DNA from: Bacteroides sp. CAG:927
Lineage (GTDB): Bacteria > Bacillota > Clostridia > Oscillospirales > Oscillospiraceae
Reading direction: 5' to 3'
DNA: 64,000 nt
Assembly (NCBI GenBank): GCA_963660915.1
Contig: CAVLAO010000001.1
Span: 83,664-147,663, forward strand
Under the pieces are notes generated by a model. The model made no database searches, had not been told where the DNA came from, and saw nothing but the letters and a program-made list of their open reading frames with translations. Below are positions 7,739 to 17,974 of this stretch, one piece after another (positions within the stretch are counted from its first letter, which is position 1; the number at the start of each line of letters is the position of its first letter). The position numbers and the translations under genes were made by a program.

Positions 7739-9979
7739 ATGGCAAAGAAAAAACGAACCGGCGGCGAACTGCACCGGACAGATAATCCCCACGTAAAGGG
7801 TCTGCGGGCGGATGTATTGGAACAGCCCATTGTCGAAACTCTGGAATGGAACTACATGCCTTATGCTATGAGCGTGATTATTTCCCGCGCCATCCCGGAA
7901 ATTGACGGGTTCAAACCCAGTCACCGCAAGTTGCTGTACACAATGTATCAAATGCATTTGCTGAACGGCAACCGTACCAAAAGCGCCAACATCGTCGGCC
8001 AGACCATGCGGCTGAACCCGCATGGCGACGCCGCTATTTACGACACCATGGTGCGCCTGTCCAGGGGCTACGGCGCACTGCTCAATCCCTACGTCGACAG
8101 CAAGGGAAACTTTGGTAAAGTATATTCCAGAGATATGGCCTGGGCTGCAAGCCGTTATACGGAAGCGCGGCTGGACCCTATCTGCAGCGAATTTTTCCGT
8201 GACATCGACAAAGACACCGTTGATTTTGTAGATAACTACGATGCCACCATGAAGGAGCCTTCCCTCCTTCCCACCACATTCCCCAATGTGCTGGTAAGTG
8301 CAAACCAGGGCATTGCCGTCGGTATGGCGTCCAACATCTGCGGTTTCAACCTTGGCGAAGTCTGCGACGCCACCATCGCCCGCATCAAGCATCCTTCCTC
8401 TGATCTGACCGCAACCTTGAAAGCTCCCGACTTTTCCACCGGCGGTCAACTGCTGTACGATGAAAAGGAGATTGAAAAAATTTACTCCACCGGCCGCGGA
8501 TCCTTCAAAGTGCGTTCCAAGTGGCGGTATGACAAGACCGAAAATGTGATTGAAGTCTATGAAATTCCCTACTCCACCACCATCGAGGTCATCATGGACA
8601 AAATTGTGGAGTTGAACAAAGCCGGAAAAATAAAGGAAATTGCAGATCTCCGGGATGAAACCGATCTCAGCGGTCTGAAACTGGCCATTGATCTGAAACG
8701 CGGGGTAGATCCGGACAAGCTGATGCAAAAACTCTACCGTCTCACCCCTCTTCAGGACAGCTTTGCCTGCAACTTCAACATTCTGATTGCCGGTATGCCC
8801 CGGGTTATGGGCGTGGGGGAGATTCTGGATGAGTGGACCGCCTGGCGCACCGATTCCATTCGCCGCCGCTCCTACTATGACATGCAAAGGAAGGAGCAGA
8901 AGCTGCACCTTCTCCAGGGCTTGAAGCAGATTTTGTTGGACATTGACAAAGCCATCAAAATCATCCGGGAAACCGAATCCGACGCTGAGGTCGTGCCCAA
9001 TTTGATGATCGGTTTCGGCATCGACGAGGTGCAGGCTGACTTTGTAGCGGAAATCAAGCTGCGCAACATCAACAAGGAGTACATTCTCAAGCGCACTGCC
9101 GAGGTGGATGAGCTGGCCGACCAGATTGCTGATCTGAAGGATCTGATCGCCTCACCCAAGCGGCTGCAGAAAGTTATCATCGACGAGCTGACGGAAGTAA
9201 AGAAAAAATATGCCTCTCCCCGCCGCACGGAGATTCTCTATAACGTTCCGGAGGAAACTGTGGAAGAAGAAGAGGAAGTTCCGGATATTCCCGTGAATCT
9301 TTTCCTTTCCAAAGAAGGCTACTTCAAGAAAATTACCCAGCAATCCCTGCGCATGGCATCGGAGCAGAAATTCAAAGAAGGGGATCAGCTCTATCTCAGC
9401 TGGGAAGCCAGTAACCGGGATGAAATGTTGGTCTTCTCCGATCACCAGCAGTGCTATAAGACAAAACTTGCGGACTTCACACCCACCAAAGCCAGCGCTA
9501 TGGGCGATTATCTGCCCACCAAATTGGGCATGGATGAGGGAGAAGGCATGTTCTGGGCCTGCATTCCGGGAGATTATTCTGCACATATCCTGTTCGTGTT
9601 CGAAAACGGAAAGGTTGCCCGGGTTCCCCTGTCCGCCTATCAGACGCAGGGCAATCGCCGCCGCCTGACCAACGCCTACTCCGACAAATCTCCTTTGGTT
9701 GCCTGCCTGCTCCTTACCGAGGATCAGGAAGTTGTGCTGACCTCCACAGAGGGACGCGCCGTAATCTTCAATTCCGCGTCTCTTGCCCCGAAAACCACCC
9801 GCTCTACACAGGGTGTGTCGGTTATGACGTTGAAACCGAAGTGGCACGTTGCCTCCGCCCGATTCCTGACCGACTGCAGCATTGTCAACGCTCCCCGCTA
9901 CCGCTCCCGTTCTTTGCCCGTGGCCGGTGCTCTGCTGAAACCGGAAGACAAAGGGGAAGAACAACTGACTCTAATCTAA
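7739..9979 (+). CDS. parC: Type IIA topoisomerase subunit A (topoisomerase IV ParC-like)
   Basis: 746 aa. ...YAMSVIISRAIPEIDGFKPSHRKLLYTM... and the active-site region AASRYTEARL. It is shorter than a typical GyrA, which supports a ParC assignment; ParC versus GyrA is inference. Confidence 0.8.
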   Translation: MAKKKRTGGELHRTDNPHVKGLRADVLEQPIVETLEWNYMPYAMSVIISRAIPEIDGFKPSHRKLLYTMYQMHLLNGNRTKSANIVGQTMRLNPHGDAAIYDTMVRLSRGYGALLNPYVDSKGNFGKVYSRDMAWAASRYTEARLDPICSEFFRDIDKDTVDFVDNYDATMKEPSLLPTTFPNVLVSANQGIAVGMASNICGFNLGEVCDATIARIKHPSSDLTATLKAPDFSTGGQLLYDEKEIEKIYSTGRGSFKVRSKWRYDKTENVIEVYEIPYSTTIEVIMDKIVELNKAGKIKEIADLRDETDLSGLKLAIDLKRGVDPDKLMQKLYRLTPLQDSFACNFNILIAGMPRVMGVGEILDEWTAWRTDSIRRRSYYDMQRKEQKLHLLQGLKQILLDIDKAIKIIRETESDAEVVPNLMIGFGIDEVQADFVAEIKLRNINKEYILKRTAEVDELADQIADLKDLIASPKRLQKVIIDELTEVKKKYASPRRTEILYNVPEETVEEEEEVPDIPVNLFLSKEGYFKKITQQSLRMASEQKFKEGDQLYLSWEASNRDEMLVFSDHQQCYKTKLADFTPTKASAMGDYLPTKLGMDEGEGMFWACIPGDYSAHILFVFENGKVARVPLSAYQTQGNRRRLTNAYSDKSPLVACLLLTEDQEVVLTSTEGRAVIFNSASLAPKTTRSTQGVSVMTLKPKWHVASARFLTDCSIVNAPRYRSRSLPVAGALLKPEDKGEEQLTLI

Positions 9980-9996
9980 ACAGCAAGGTGATTTTC

Positions 9997-10593
9997 ATGG
10001 CAGACATTGAAAAACTGCGTAAAAATCTGGAACGGGAAGGATTTCTCGTCTCTGTATTTGATTCTGCGAACGAAGCTTCCGCCTACCTCAATTGCAAAAT
10101 TGACGGTACTCGCGTCGGGTTTGGCGGAAGCCAGACCGTGCGGGACATGGGACTGTACGAGCAGCTCTGTTCCCACAACGACTGCCACTGGCACTGGGAC
10201 AAGGTAAACAACATTATCCCCGAAGAGGCAACCACAGCCCCGGTTTACATCACTTCCCTCAATGGAGTCAGTGAAAACGGCGAGCTGATTAACATCGATG
10301 GCGGCGGCAATCGGGTTGCCTCCACTCTCTACGGCCATGAGAAAGTATATTTCATTATTGGGGAAAACAAAATTGCTCCGGATTATGACGCCGCTCTCTG
10401 GCGCGCCCGCAACATTGCCGCTCCTCTGAATGCCAAGCGCCTGGAGAAAAAAACGCCCTGTGTAAAGACCGGTCAATGCATGAACTGTTCTGCTCCGGAA
10501 CGGATCTGTCGTGCGCTGGTCGTATTGTGGGACAAGCCCGCTCTGATTCCGGAAGCAGAAGTCGTAATTATTCGGGAAAATCTCGGCTTTTAA
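9997..10593 (+). CDS. LUD-domain (lactate utilization C / DUF162-like) protein
   Basis: Start at MADIEKLRKNLEREGF (ATG 9997), 18 nt after the parC stop. ...GFGGSQTVRDMGLYE...SLNGVSENGELINIDGGGNRV... matches the LUD/YkgG-type fold pattern. Confidence 0.65.
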   Translation: MADIEKLRKNLEREGFLVSVFDSANEASAYLNCKIDGTRVGFGGSQTVRDMGLYEQLCSHNDCHWHWDKVNNIIPEEATTAPVYITSLNGVSENGELINIDGGGNRVASTLYGHEKVYFIIGENKIAPDYDAALWRARNIAAPLNAKRLEKKTPCVKTGQCMNCSAPERICRALVVLWDKPALIPEAEVVIIRENLGF

Positions 10594-10617
10594 GCCCTAA
10601 AAGGAGAGGACAAAAAG

Positions 10618-11745
10618 ATGAAGCGTTGGATTGCAGCCCTACTCTGTGTTGTTCTTTTGCCGACCATGTTAACCGGCTGCAGCTCCATCTTTGACCGGGA
10701 TTACGCCTCTGTCACGCCCCACCAGGAGCAGGCTGCTTCCGATGAAGATGCATCCATTCTACGCGCAGAGACCTATGCCGAGCTTGTCAGCTGCGTGCAG
10801 CATTTCGTTTCCATGGGGCAGTCCATCGGTACCGTTCATGTATACCAATACTCCGGTGACATCGACACGGACTTGCAGACCGCCAGCAATGAGGTGCTTC
10901 ATGAAGATCCTCTGGGTGCCTATGCTTTGGAAAACATCACCTACACCTGCTCCCGCATCGTTTCCTACTACGAATGCACTTTTTTCCTCACTTTTTGCCG
11001 GTCAATGGAAGAAATCTCCTCTATCAAAAGTGCCTATGGCTGGGGTGCGATCCGTGAACAAATCTCCGATTCCTTAGCCGGCTTTCAGCCGTCCCTCACT
11101 TTGCGAACCTCCAGTTTTTATGCTGATTCTGCTCAACTCTATGCTTTGGCGCAAACTGCTTACTACGATGCCCCGGCAACTGCACTCGGCTATCCTGCAG
11201 TTGCTGTCAGTATCTATCCGGAGTCGTCGAACACCAGCCGTTATCGGATTATCGAAATCACTTTTTCTTATGCCAACACTCAGTCCACTCTGAAAAAGCG
11301 TGCGGAAGCCGTTGCCGCCCGGGCCGCTCAACTGGCAGGTGTGGAATCCGCTGCTGATGCAACTGTTGCAGTCCTGCTCCGCTCGCGCCTATTAGCCGTC
11401 ACAGAATATGATGAGAACGGATCCTCCAGCGTTTACAGTGCGTTAATTCTTGGAAACGGAAACAGCGAAGCTATCGGCATGAGCTATGCCCTGCTCTGCC
11501 GCCAAGCCGGTATATCCTGTCAGTTGGTGCAGGGCACTTGGAACGGAACGCCTCATAGTTGGAATATCATCGAGCTTAATGGGCAGTATTGGCACGTTGA
11601 CTTGACACTTGGCGACACGGAAGGCGCCCGTTATACCGATGAGGAAATGAACTCCCTCGGATATCAGTGGTCTCAGGACGACTACCCCACTTGCTCCGGA
11701 ACCGTTGATTCTGAAATTGAAACGGAAAAAGTTGAAAATATGTAG
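10618..11745 (+). CDS. Lipoprotein with transglutaminase-like core domain
   Basis: Signal peptide plus lipobox MKRWIAALLCVVLLPTMLTGC. C-terminal ...HSWNIIELNGQYWHVDLT... is the His/Asp part of the transglutaminase-like core. AAGGAGAGG RBS. Confidence 0.7.
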   Translation: MKRWIAALLCVVLLPTMLTGCSSIFDRDYASVTPHQEQAASDEDASILRAETYAELVSCVQHFVSMGQSIGTVHVYQYSGDIDTDLQTASNEVLHEDPLGAYALENITYTCSRIVSYYECTFFLTFCRSMEEISSIKSAYGWGAIREQISDSLAGFQPSLTLRTSSFYADSAQLYALAQTAYYDAPATALGYPAVAVSIYPESSNTSRYRIIEITFSYANTQSTLKKRAEAVAARAAQLAGVESAADATVAVLLRSRLLAVTEYDENGSSSVYSALILGNGNSEAIGMSYALLCRQAGISCQLVQGTWNGTPHSWNIIELNGQYWHVDLTLGDTEGARYTDEEMNSLGYQWSQDDYPTCSGTVDSEIETEKVENM

Positions 11746-11852
11746 GTCTGTCCATGATGTGTGACAGAAAAAGCGGAAAGATGAGAGTACCTGTTTCGGC
11801 GAACGGCAATCGAGTGGACACATAGACAAATTGATGTATTCCCTATTCCGGA

Positions 11853-11911
11853 TGAACTGCACCCCACTGTTAGACATTGTATCATACTGTCTAACAGTGG
11901 GGTGCAGTTCA
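11853..11911. repeat. 59-bp near-perfect palindrome (24-bp perfect arms)
   Basis: TGAACTGCACCCCACTGTTAGACA (11853-11876) and its exact reverse complement (11888-11911) flank TTGTATCATAC. The loop contains GTAT-C-ATAC. It lies in an AT-rich gap between convergent genes, with no U-tract on either side. Confidence 0.9.
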
Positions 11912-12059
11912 CTTACATTCAAAGTCTTAATCTCTTCTTTACTATACCCTATAAGGTTTTATTTGTTGATTTTTAATTACCACCTTATGTGACCGTTAGC
12001 AAAATAGAATGATCACTTCTATCTCTTATTTTTCTGCTGCTTCCGCACTAAATACGGCA

Positions 12060-12128
12060 GAAACCCGGTTGCCGCCTAAGGACAACCGGGTTTCCCGATA
12101 TGCTGTGCCTCGCAGTTTTCTGCGAGGC
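12060..12128 (-). terminator. Two tandem hairpins downstream of the LTA-synthase-family gene
   Basis: GCCTCGCAG/CTGCGAGGC (12107-12128) and GAAACCCGGTTG/CAACCGGGTTTC (12060-12094). The U-tracts are weak, so function is probable rather than certain. Confidence 0.5.
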
Positions 12129-12141
12129 TGAAATTTTCCGT

Positions 12142-14061
12142 TCAGCCCTCTGAAACAAAGAAGAAGCTCTCTTCTTCGCTGTCTCCGAACAGGTTGTAAT
12201 ATTGCAGCATTTCATACTGTTGCAGAAGTTCCTGTTCCTCCTCACTGAGGCTGTCCTCCATGCCGTCGCCAAGAATACGTCCGTCCGTCATGGTGTAGCC
12301 AATGCGGGTAATTGATGCGAAGGTTTCGTTCACATGGCTCAGGAACTTCATCCAGCCGGTTTGAGGATAGCCTGCGGTCTGACTGGCCAGATTGCCTAAA
12401 AAGCTGGCACCGACTAGCACATCATCCTCTTCTTCGATATCAAAGTTTGCCCAAATAAAGAAAGGCGTCACATACTGTGCCAAGAGCTCTTCATCGGTTC
12501 TGTCATCCAAATCCTTGCTATAGATGTCTTTATAGAGGTTATTGCTCAAAGGCGGCTGATGATCGCCAAAGAAAAGAATCACTGTCGGCTCTTCCACTTC
12601 GCTGTAATGCTCAATCAATTCCTGAAGCGCACTGTCCGTGGCGGAAACCAACGCAAGGTACTGATTCGTTGTGCTGTTATAGCTTTTGCCCTGATAACTT
12701 CCCGTCAGCGCAGCCGTCGCTTGAAGATTTGTCCAAGAGCGATCGTAACCGGAGTGATTCTGCATGGTCACATTAAAGACAAAGCAGTCCTCTCCTGCCT
12801 CCTTTGCTGCATCCGTCAGCTGATAGATCCGTTCAAAATCAGCGCTGTCCGACACAAATCCGCGTTTTTTCTCCATCTCGGTATAGTCGGTTGTAATGTC
12901 TGTGCCGTCTACTGTGGTATCCTCGTAATACTGACTGGCAAAGCCAAGGCGATCATATGCCGTAATTCGGTTCCACCCGGAGGATTTATAGGGGTGATAG
13001 GCCGAAGACCGCACCTTCAATACCTTTGCAATCTGTGCCAGAGAAGGTGTCTTTTCCGTCAAATAAAGCTGATAAGCCACCGTGCCGCTGGGCAGATACG
13101 TCATATTATTGCCCGTCAGCACTTCAAACTCCACTGCTGCAGTTCCGCCGCCGGTAACCGGAGAAACCATTTGACCTTTGATGGTATTTTCCGTCAGAGA
13201 ATGATAGAACGGTGTTGGATCCTCACTTAGTGTCAGCGTGTCGAACCGGGTAAGATCTGCAAAGGACTCGTCCATAATGCAGATAAAATTAGTCGTGATG
13301 TCACTGTCCGAGGAACTGTCCGAAGTATACCCCTCCTGTTCCAGCTGCTCAATTAAAGCACGCGCTGCCTCATCACTATACCCTTCCGGCTTTTCTACCC
13401 GCATATAGCGGGCGGAAACGGTGAAATTCAGCAAGAAACCATTGCCCCAGGTTTTCCACTGCTGGGCATAAACACCGAGGGTAGGCAGCATAGACGTAAA
13501 AAAGAAACATACAATGTAAATGCTCCACCCCACCGCAATTCCGAGGTTCAGCCATTTTACCCATTTTCGGGCGAAATAGCGCTTTTGTTTCGGGATGAAC
13601 AATGCCAGTCCCAATACCGCACACATAAGCAGAATGGCCTTCCATGTGGTTTCATCCAGGCTGTAGTCATACCCCTCTGCAACATTGGCTGCTGTTTTCC
13701 AACCAAGCAAATCAATTGGGAACAGCGCCCGCCCGCGAAAACGCAATACATAGTGATTGGAAAGTCCGAAAAGGAAGGAGCACAGCGTTGTAATCCAGAT
13801 TGCCCCCTTCTGCCGACCGGTGATCACCCAACCGATAAACAAAATACAGCTGTACCAAATCAGGTTCATTGCCCACTGCCAGGGCTCCAATCGGGTGAGC
13901 TGATTGTCGCTGAGGTACTCCACCATCCAAAAGCAAAACAGCGGCGTTGCCCCGAAGAAAATCCATGGTAGAATAGTCTTCCAGTATTCCAACCAGAATT
14001 CCTTCCATCGTTCCGGCAGGGCACGAAGCACGCACCAAAATTTTTTACATTTCTCTAACAT
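12142..14061 (-). CDS. LTA synthase family protein (membrane-anchored sulfatase-fold phosphoglycerol transferase)
   Basis: I prefer ATG 14061 (GAAGGA RBS) over the TTG at 14085. Five or so N-terminal TM helices are followed by an extracellular sulfatase-like domain (...NFICIMDESFAD..., ...ILFFGDHQPPL...). Confidence 0.75.
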   Translation of the reverse strand: MLEKCKKFWCVLRALPERWKEFWLEYWKTILPWIFFGATPLFCFWMVEYLSDNQLTRLEPWQWAMNLIWYSCILFIGWVITGRQKGAIWITTLCSFLFGLSNHYVLRFRGRALFPIDLLGWKTAANVAEGYDYSLDETTWKAILLMCAVLGLALFIPKQKRYFARKWVKWLNLGIAVGWSIYIVCFFFTSMLPTLGVYAQQWKTWGNGFLLNFTVSARYMRVEKPEGYSDEAARALIEQLEQEGYTSDSSSDSDITTNFICIMDESFADLTRFDTLTLSEDPTPFYHSLTENTIKGQMVSPVTGGGTAAVEFEVLTGNNMTYLPSGTVAYQLYLTEKTPSLAQIAKVLKVRSSAYHPYKSSGWNRITAYDRLGFASQYYEDTTVDGTDITTDYTEMEKKRGFVSDSADFERIYQLTDAAKEAGEDCFVFNVTMQNHSGYDRSWTNLQATAALTGSYQGKSYNSTTNQYLALVSATDSALQELIEHYSEVEEPTVILFFGDHQPPLSNNLYKDIYSKDLDDRTDEELLAQYVTPFFIWANFDIEEEDDVLVGASFLGNLASQTAGYPQTGWMKFLSHVNETFASITRIGYTMTDGRILGDGMEDSLSEEEQELLQQYEMLQYYNLFGDSEEESFFFVSEG

Positions 14062-14257
14062 GCAGGTTTCCTTCTTCAAACACAAACTAGGGTTATTTTA
14101 CCACAGTTTACATTTCAGCGCAAAATTTTTAACCACTTCTCCACCATTTTCACCAAAACAACGATCAAATGAGAGGTTCGTTTTTCATTGACGAAAGAAT
14201 AGGGAAAAGGTATAATAGTCTTATCTATTGAATTTTAGCCAGAAGGAGGCTTTCCCC

Positions 14258-15868
14258 ATGTCTGTGAAATATATTTTCGTCACCGGCGGTGTGGTTTCCG
14301 GTCTCGGAAAGGGCATTACTGCCGCGTCTTTGGGTCGTCTGCTGAAGGAGCGCGGTCTGAAGGTCACCAACCAGAAACTTGATCCATATCTGAATGTGGA
14401 TCCCGGTACGATGAGTCCCTATCAGCACGGCGAAGTGTTTGTAACGGACGATGGTGCAGAAACTGACCTGGATCTCGGCCACTATGAACGGTTTACTGAC
14501 GAGAGCCTGACCGTCAACTCCTCCGTCACCTCCGGCAAGGTATATTGGAATGTACTCAACCGCGAACGCCAGGGCGAATATCTGGGTGGCACCATTCAGG
14601 TCATCCCTCACATCACCAACGAAATCAAAGAACGGATCTACCGCATGGGCAAAACCAGCAATGTGGATATCTGTATCACCGAGGTCGGCGGAACGGTTGG
14701 TGACATTGAGAGCCAGCCCTTCCTGGAGGCCATTCGTCAAGTCGGTCGGGAACTGCCTCGGGAAGACGTTATGTATGTCCATGTCTCTCTGGTGGTCAGT
14801 ATTCCCGGTTCCGGCGAGCTGAAGAGCAAGCCCACCCAGCATTCCTGCAAGGAATTGCTGAGCATCGGCATTCAGCCGGATGTCATCGTCTGCCGCGCTG
14901 ATCAGCCTCTGACCGACGATATTCGCCGTAAAATCTCCATGTTCTGCAATATTCCGCCTGAAAACGCAATTCCCAACCTGACCGCACCGATTCTATATGA
15001 GGTACCCCTCATGCTGGAAGAAGAAGGTCTGGCTGACGTTGTTGTAAAGCGCCTTGGTCTGGACTGCCCCAAACCCGATCTGACCGCATGGGCTCAAATG
15101 GTGGAACGAGCAAAGGCTGCCTCTGATACAGTGGAAATTGCACTGGTCGGCAAGTATGTTGCACTGCACGATGCTTATCTCTCTGTCGTGGAGGCCCTCA
15201 CCCACGGCGGCATTGAGAACGACGTAAAGGTAAAAATCCGTTGGGTGGACTCCGAGTTGGTTACCGATGATAATGCAGCCGAAATTCTGAACGGCGTAGA
15301 CGGCATTATCGTCCCCGGCGGCTTCGGCGACCGCGGCATCGAGGGCATGATCTCCTCCATTTACTGGGCTCGCGTGAATAAAGTGCCTACCTTCGGCATC
15401 TGCCTTGGCATGCAGATGGCGGTCGTTGAATACGCTCGTCATGTTTTGGGGCTTGCAGACGCACATTCCGGCGAATTCCGTCCCGATTGCGCCAATCCGG
15501 TAATCGACTTGATGCCGGAGCAGAAGGACATCACTGACAAAGGCGGCACCATGCGCCTCGGTGCATATCCCTGCAAGCTGATGAGCACCGACAGCCGTTC
15601 CTATGCTGCTTATCAGGATGAGGTCATCTATGAACGCCATCGTCATCGCTATGAATTCAACAACCTGTATCGTGAACCGCTTCAGAATGCCGGATTGGTT
15701 TTGGCCGGTCTGAGCCCCAATGAGCGGCTGGTAGAGATTGTAGAAGTGCCGGATCATCCCTGGTTTGTCGGCGCTCAATTCCATCCGGAATTCAAGAGCC
15801 GTCCCAATAAGGCTCAACCTTTGTTCCGTGATTTTATTGCTGCAGCAAAAGCGTATCACAAGCATTGA
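14258..15868 (+). CDS. pyrG: CTP synthase
   Basis: [26 protein letters not shown]... and the glutaminase domain ...FGICLGMQ... Strong GAAGGAGG RBS 8 nt upstream of ATG 14258. Confidence 0.97.
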   Translation: MSVKYIFVTGGVVSGLGKGITAASLGRLLKERGLKVTNQKLDPYLNVDPGTMSPYQHGEVFVTDDGAETDLDLGHYERFTDESLTVNSSVTSGKVYWNVLNRERQGEYLGGTIQVIPHITNEIKERIYRMGKTSNVDICITEVGGTVGDIESQPFLEAIRQVGRELPREDVMYVHVSLVVSIPGSGELKSKPTQHSCKELLSIGIQPDVIVCRADQPLTDDIRRKISMFCNIPPENAIPNLTAPILYEVPLMLEEEGLADVVVKRLGLDCPKPDLTAWAQMVERAKAASDTVEIALVGKYVALHDAYLSVVEALTHGGIENDVKVKIRWVDSELVTDDNAAEILNGVDGIIVPGGFGDRGIEGMISSIYWARVNKVPTFGICLGMQMAVVEYARHVLGLADAHSGEFRPDCANPVIDLMPEQKDITDKGGTMRLGAYPCKLMSTDSRSYAAYQDEVIYERHRHRYEFNNLYREPLQNAGLVLAGLSPNERLVEIVEVPDHPWFVGAQFHPEFKSRPNKAQPLFRDFIAAAKAYHKH

Positions 15869-15883
15869 GCATCCTTTTTCATG

Positions 15884-15919
15884 CGCCGCTGACCGAGTTA
15901 AAGTCAGCGGCGTTTTTTT
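15884..15919 (+). terminator. Intrinsic terminator of pyrG
   Basis: CGCCGCTGAC / loop / GTCAGCGGCG followed by TTTTTTT. Confidence 0.85.
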
Positions 15920-16129
15920 GTTCCTGTCTTCAAAAAACAACCTTTCGACAAGATTTGACCGACTGCATCAATGTACTCCCCGGATTTTATCTCCATTCCG
16001 TGATTGCGCACAAAGTATTGAAAACACTGAAAAAATCGGCTCTTTTTGATTGACTTTTCCCGTTTTCGATGGTATCTTTTTTCATGGATACAGAAGTCAA
16101 AAAGAATGAAAGAAAGTTGAGTGATTATT

Positions 16130-16378
16130 ATGTTGTTGAAAAATATCGGTGATATCGATATGCTGCTGAAGGCCGTGGATAAGTGCCATGGTGATGTTGT
16201 AATCCGTTCTCTGGATGGTAGCGAGGAATTCAGCCTGAAGTCCTCCTTCTCCAAGTATCTGGCAATTGGCCGTCTTGCCGACGAGCACGGTGAAGACTAT
16301 GAGATGTTCTGCCTGAGCAAGGATGACGAGCCCTTTATGCTGCAATTCTTCTATGATATTGAAAAGGAAAAGAAATAA
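16130..16378 (+). CDS. Small acidic hypothetical protein (about 82 aa)
   Basis: MLLKNIGDIDMLLKAVDKCHGDVVIRSLDGSEEFSLKSS... Protein-like composition and bracketed by terminators. The RBS is weak, and a GTG at 16121 is an alternative start. I cannot confidently name a family. Confidence 0.5.
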   Translation: MLLKNIGDIDMLLKAVDKCHGDVVIRSLDGSEEFSLKSSFSKYLAIGRLADEHGEDYEMFCLSKDDEPFMLQFFYDIEKEKK

Positions 16379-16405
16379 TATATTTCCCCCTGCTTTATGT
16401 GATTC

Positions 16406-16450
16406 GGCGCTGCAGATACCGTATGGTACGATGCAGCGCCTTTGATTTTT
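16406..16450 (+). terminator. Intrinsic terminator after the small ORF
   Basis: GGCGCTGCA ... TGCAGCGCC followed by TTTGATTTTT. Confidence 0.7.
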
Positions 16451-16474
16451 ATACAAGCACACAGAAAATAAAAA

Positions 16475-16504
16475 ACGCACTGTGGAATACACAGTGCGTT
16501 TTTA
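16475..16504. terminator. Bidirectional intrinsic terminator (ends the alpha operon after rplQ)
   Basis: ACGCACTGTG / GAATA / CACAGTGCGT flanked by an A-run (16466-16474) and a T-run (16500-16504). Confidence 0.8.
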
Positions 16505-16525
16505 TGCAATAAATCTGTTGTGGGA

Positions 16526-16867
16526 TTACACCAGTTCGATGATAGCCATCTCTGCGGCATCACCGCGGCGGGGCCCGATGCGGACGATACGGGTGTAACC
16601 ACCGTTGCGGTCAGCATACTTTGCGCCGATCTGGTCGAACAGCTTCTTGGCAACGTCTTCCTTGGTCAGGAACGCCAGAGCCTGACGATAGGCTGCCAGG
16701 TCGTTCTGCTTTGCCAGGGTGATCATCTTCTCAGCCAGGGGCTGAACTTCCTTGGCACGGGTGACAGTGGTCTTAATCTGCTCATTTTCGAGCAGGTCAG
16801 TGACCAGGCCACGCAGCATTGCCATACGCTGGTCGGTAGGCTTACCGAGCTTCCGGTTGCTGGGCAT
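16526..16867 (-). CDS. rplQ: 50S ribosomal protein L17
   Basis: [22 protein letters not shown]... (ATG 16867). Last gene of the alpha operon. Confidence 0.95.
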   Translation of the reverse strand: MPSNRKLGKPTDQRMAMLRGLVTDLLENEQIKTTVTRAKEVQPLAEKMITLAKQNDLAAYRQALAFLTKEDVAKKLFDQIGAKYADRNGGYTRIVRIGPRRGDAAEMAIIELV

Positions 16868-16936
16868 TGTATTCACTCCTTCGTATATCACACCTGCATA
16901 ACGCAGGCGAGATCGTGTTTAGACGTTTCGCTTTGG

Positions 16937-17887
16937 TCAGGTATTTTCATCGTTGGCCAAGCTGAGGCCCATAGCCTCCAGCTTGTGGATGACCTCTTCC
17001 AGGGACTTGCGGCCCAAGTTACGAACCTTCATCATGTCATCTTCGGTCTTGGAAATCAAATCTGCAACCGTATTGATGCTGGCGCGCTTCAGGCAGTTGA
17101 AGCTGCGGACACTCAGATCCAGCTCTTCAATTGTCATCTCAAGCACCTTGTCCTGCGTCTGCTCCGGCTTGTCCACGATGGTGGAGCTGCCGCCCATGGC
17201 CTCAGAGAGGTCTGTGAACAGCATAAAGTGATCGCAGAGGATCTTGGCACCCAGAGAGACAGCGTCACGAGCGGAAATCGTTCCGTCAGTCCAAATCTCA
17301 AGGGTCAGCTTATCAAAGTCCGTCATGTTGCCTACACGCGTGTTCTCCACTGTGTAGTTGACCTTACGGACAGGGGTGTAGATGGAATCCACAGGAATGA
17401 CACCGATCACAGTCTGAGGCGACTTGTTGCGATCTGCAGAAACATAGCCGCGACCATGATTCAGGGTCATTTCCATGTTCAGCGTGGCATCGGGGCCGAG
17501 GGTGGCGATATGCAGATCCGGATTCAGGATCTCCAACTCACCGTCAGCCTTAATGTCGCCGGCAGTGACTTCACAGGGACCAACGCACTCGATGTATACG
17601 GTCTTAGGACCGTTTGAGTGGAGCTTGCTGATGATCTTCTTGATGTTCAGCACGATGTCTGTGACATCTTCCTTCACACCGGGAATGGTGGTGAATTCAT
17701 GCTGTACGCCAGAGATCTTGATGCTGGTCACAGCCGTACCAGGAAGAGAGGAGAGGAGAATGCGGCGCAGGGCGTTGCCGAGGGTCGTGCCATAGCCGCG
17801 CTCCAGAGGTTCCACGACATACTTGCCGTAGGAAACGTCGCCGGGGTTTTCGATGCATTGGATGCGGGGTTTTTCGATTTCTACCAT
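16937..17887 (-). CDS. rpoA: DNA-directed RNA polymerase alpha subunit
   Basis: 316 aa. ...[20 protein letters not shown]... and the C-terminal domain ...[14 protein letters not shown]... Confidence 0.97.
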   Translation of the reverse strand: MVEIEKPRIQCIENPGDVSYGKYVVEPLERGYGTTLGNALRRILLSSLPGTAVTSIKISGVQHEFTTIPGVKEDVTDIVLNIKKIISKLHSNGPKTVYIECVGPCEVTAGDIKADGELEILNPDLHIATLGPDATLNMEMTLNHGRGYVSADRNKSPQTVIGVIPVDSIYTPVRKVNYTVENTRVGNMTDFDKLTLEIWTDGTISARDAVSLGAKILCDHFMLFTDLSEAMGGSSTIVDKPEQTQDKVLEMTIEELDLSVRSFNCLKRASINTVADLISKTEDDMMKVRNLGRKSLEEVIHKLEAMGLSLANDENT

Positions 17888-17974
17888 ACAGTATTACCCT
17901 CCTCGTTTCAGGGGCATTGGGGGGTGATGCCCCACTTGGTGTTAGATCATTCGATAGACTTTGAGGGTCACTAA

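Noticed and set aside
7667-8908. 413-aa minus-strand ORF, and similar ORFs at 9152-9964 and 5784-6182
   Set aside because: They are antisense shadows of parE and parC, with no independent signals.
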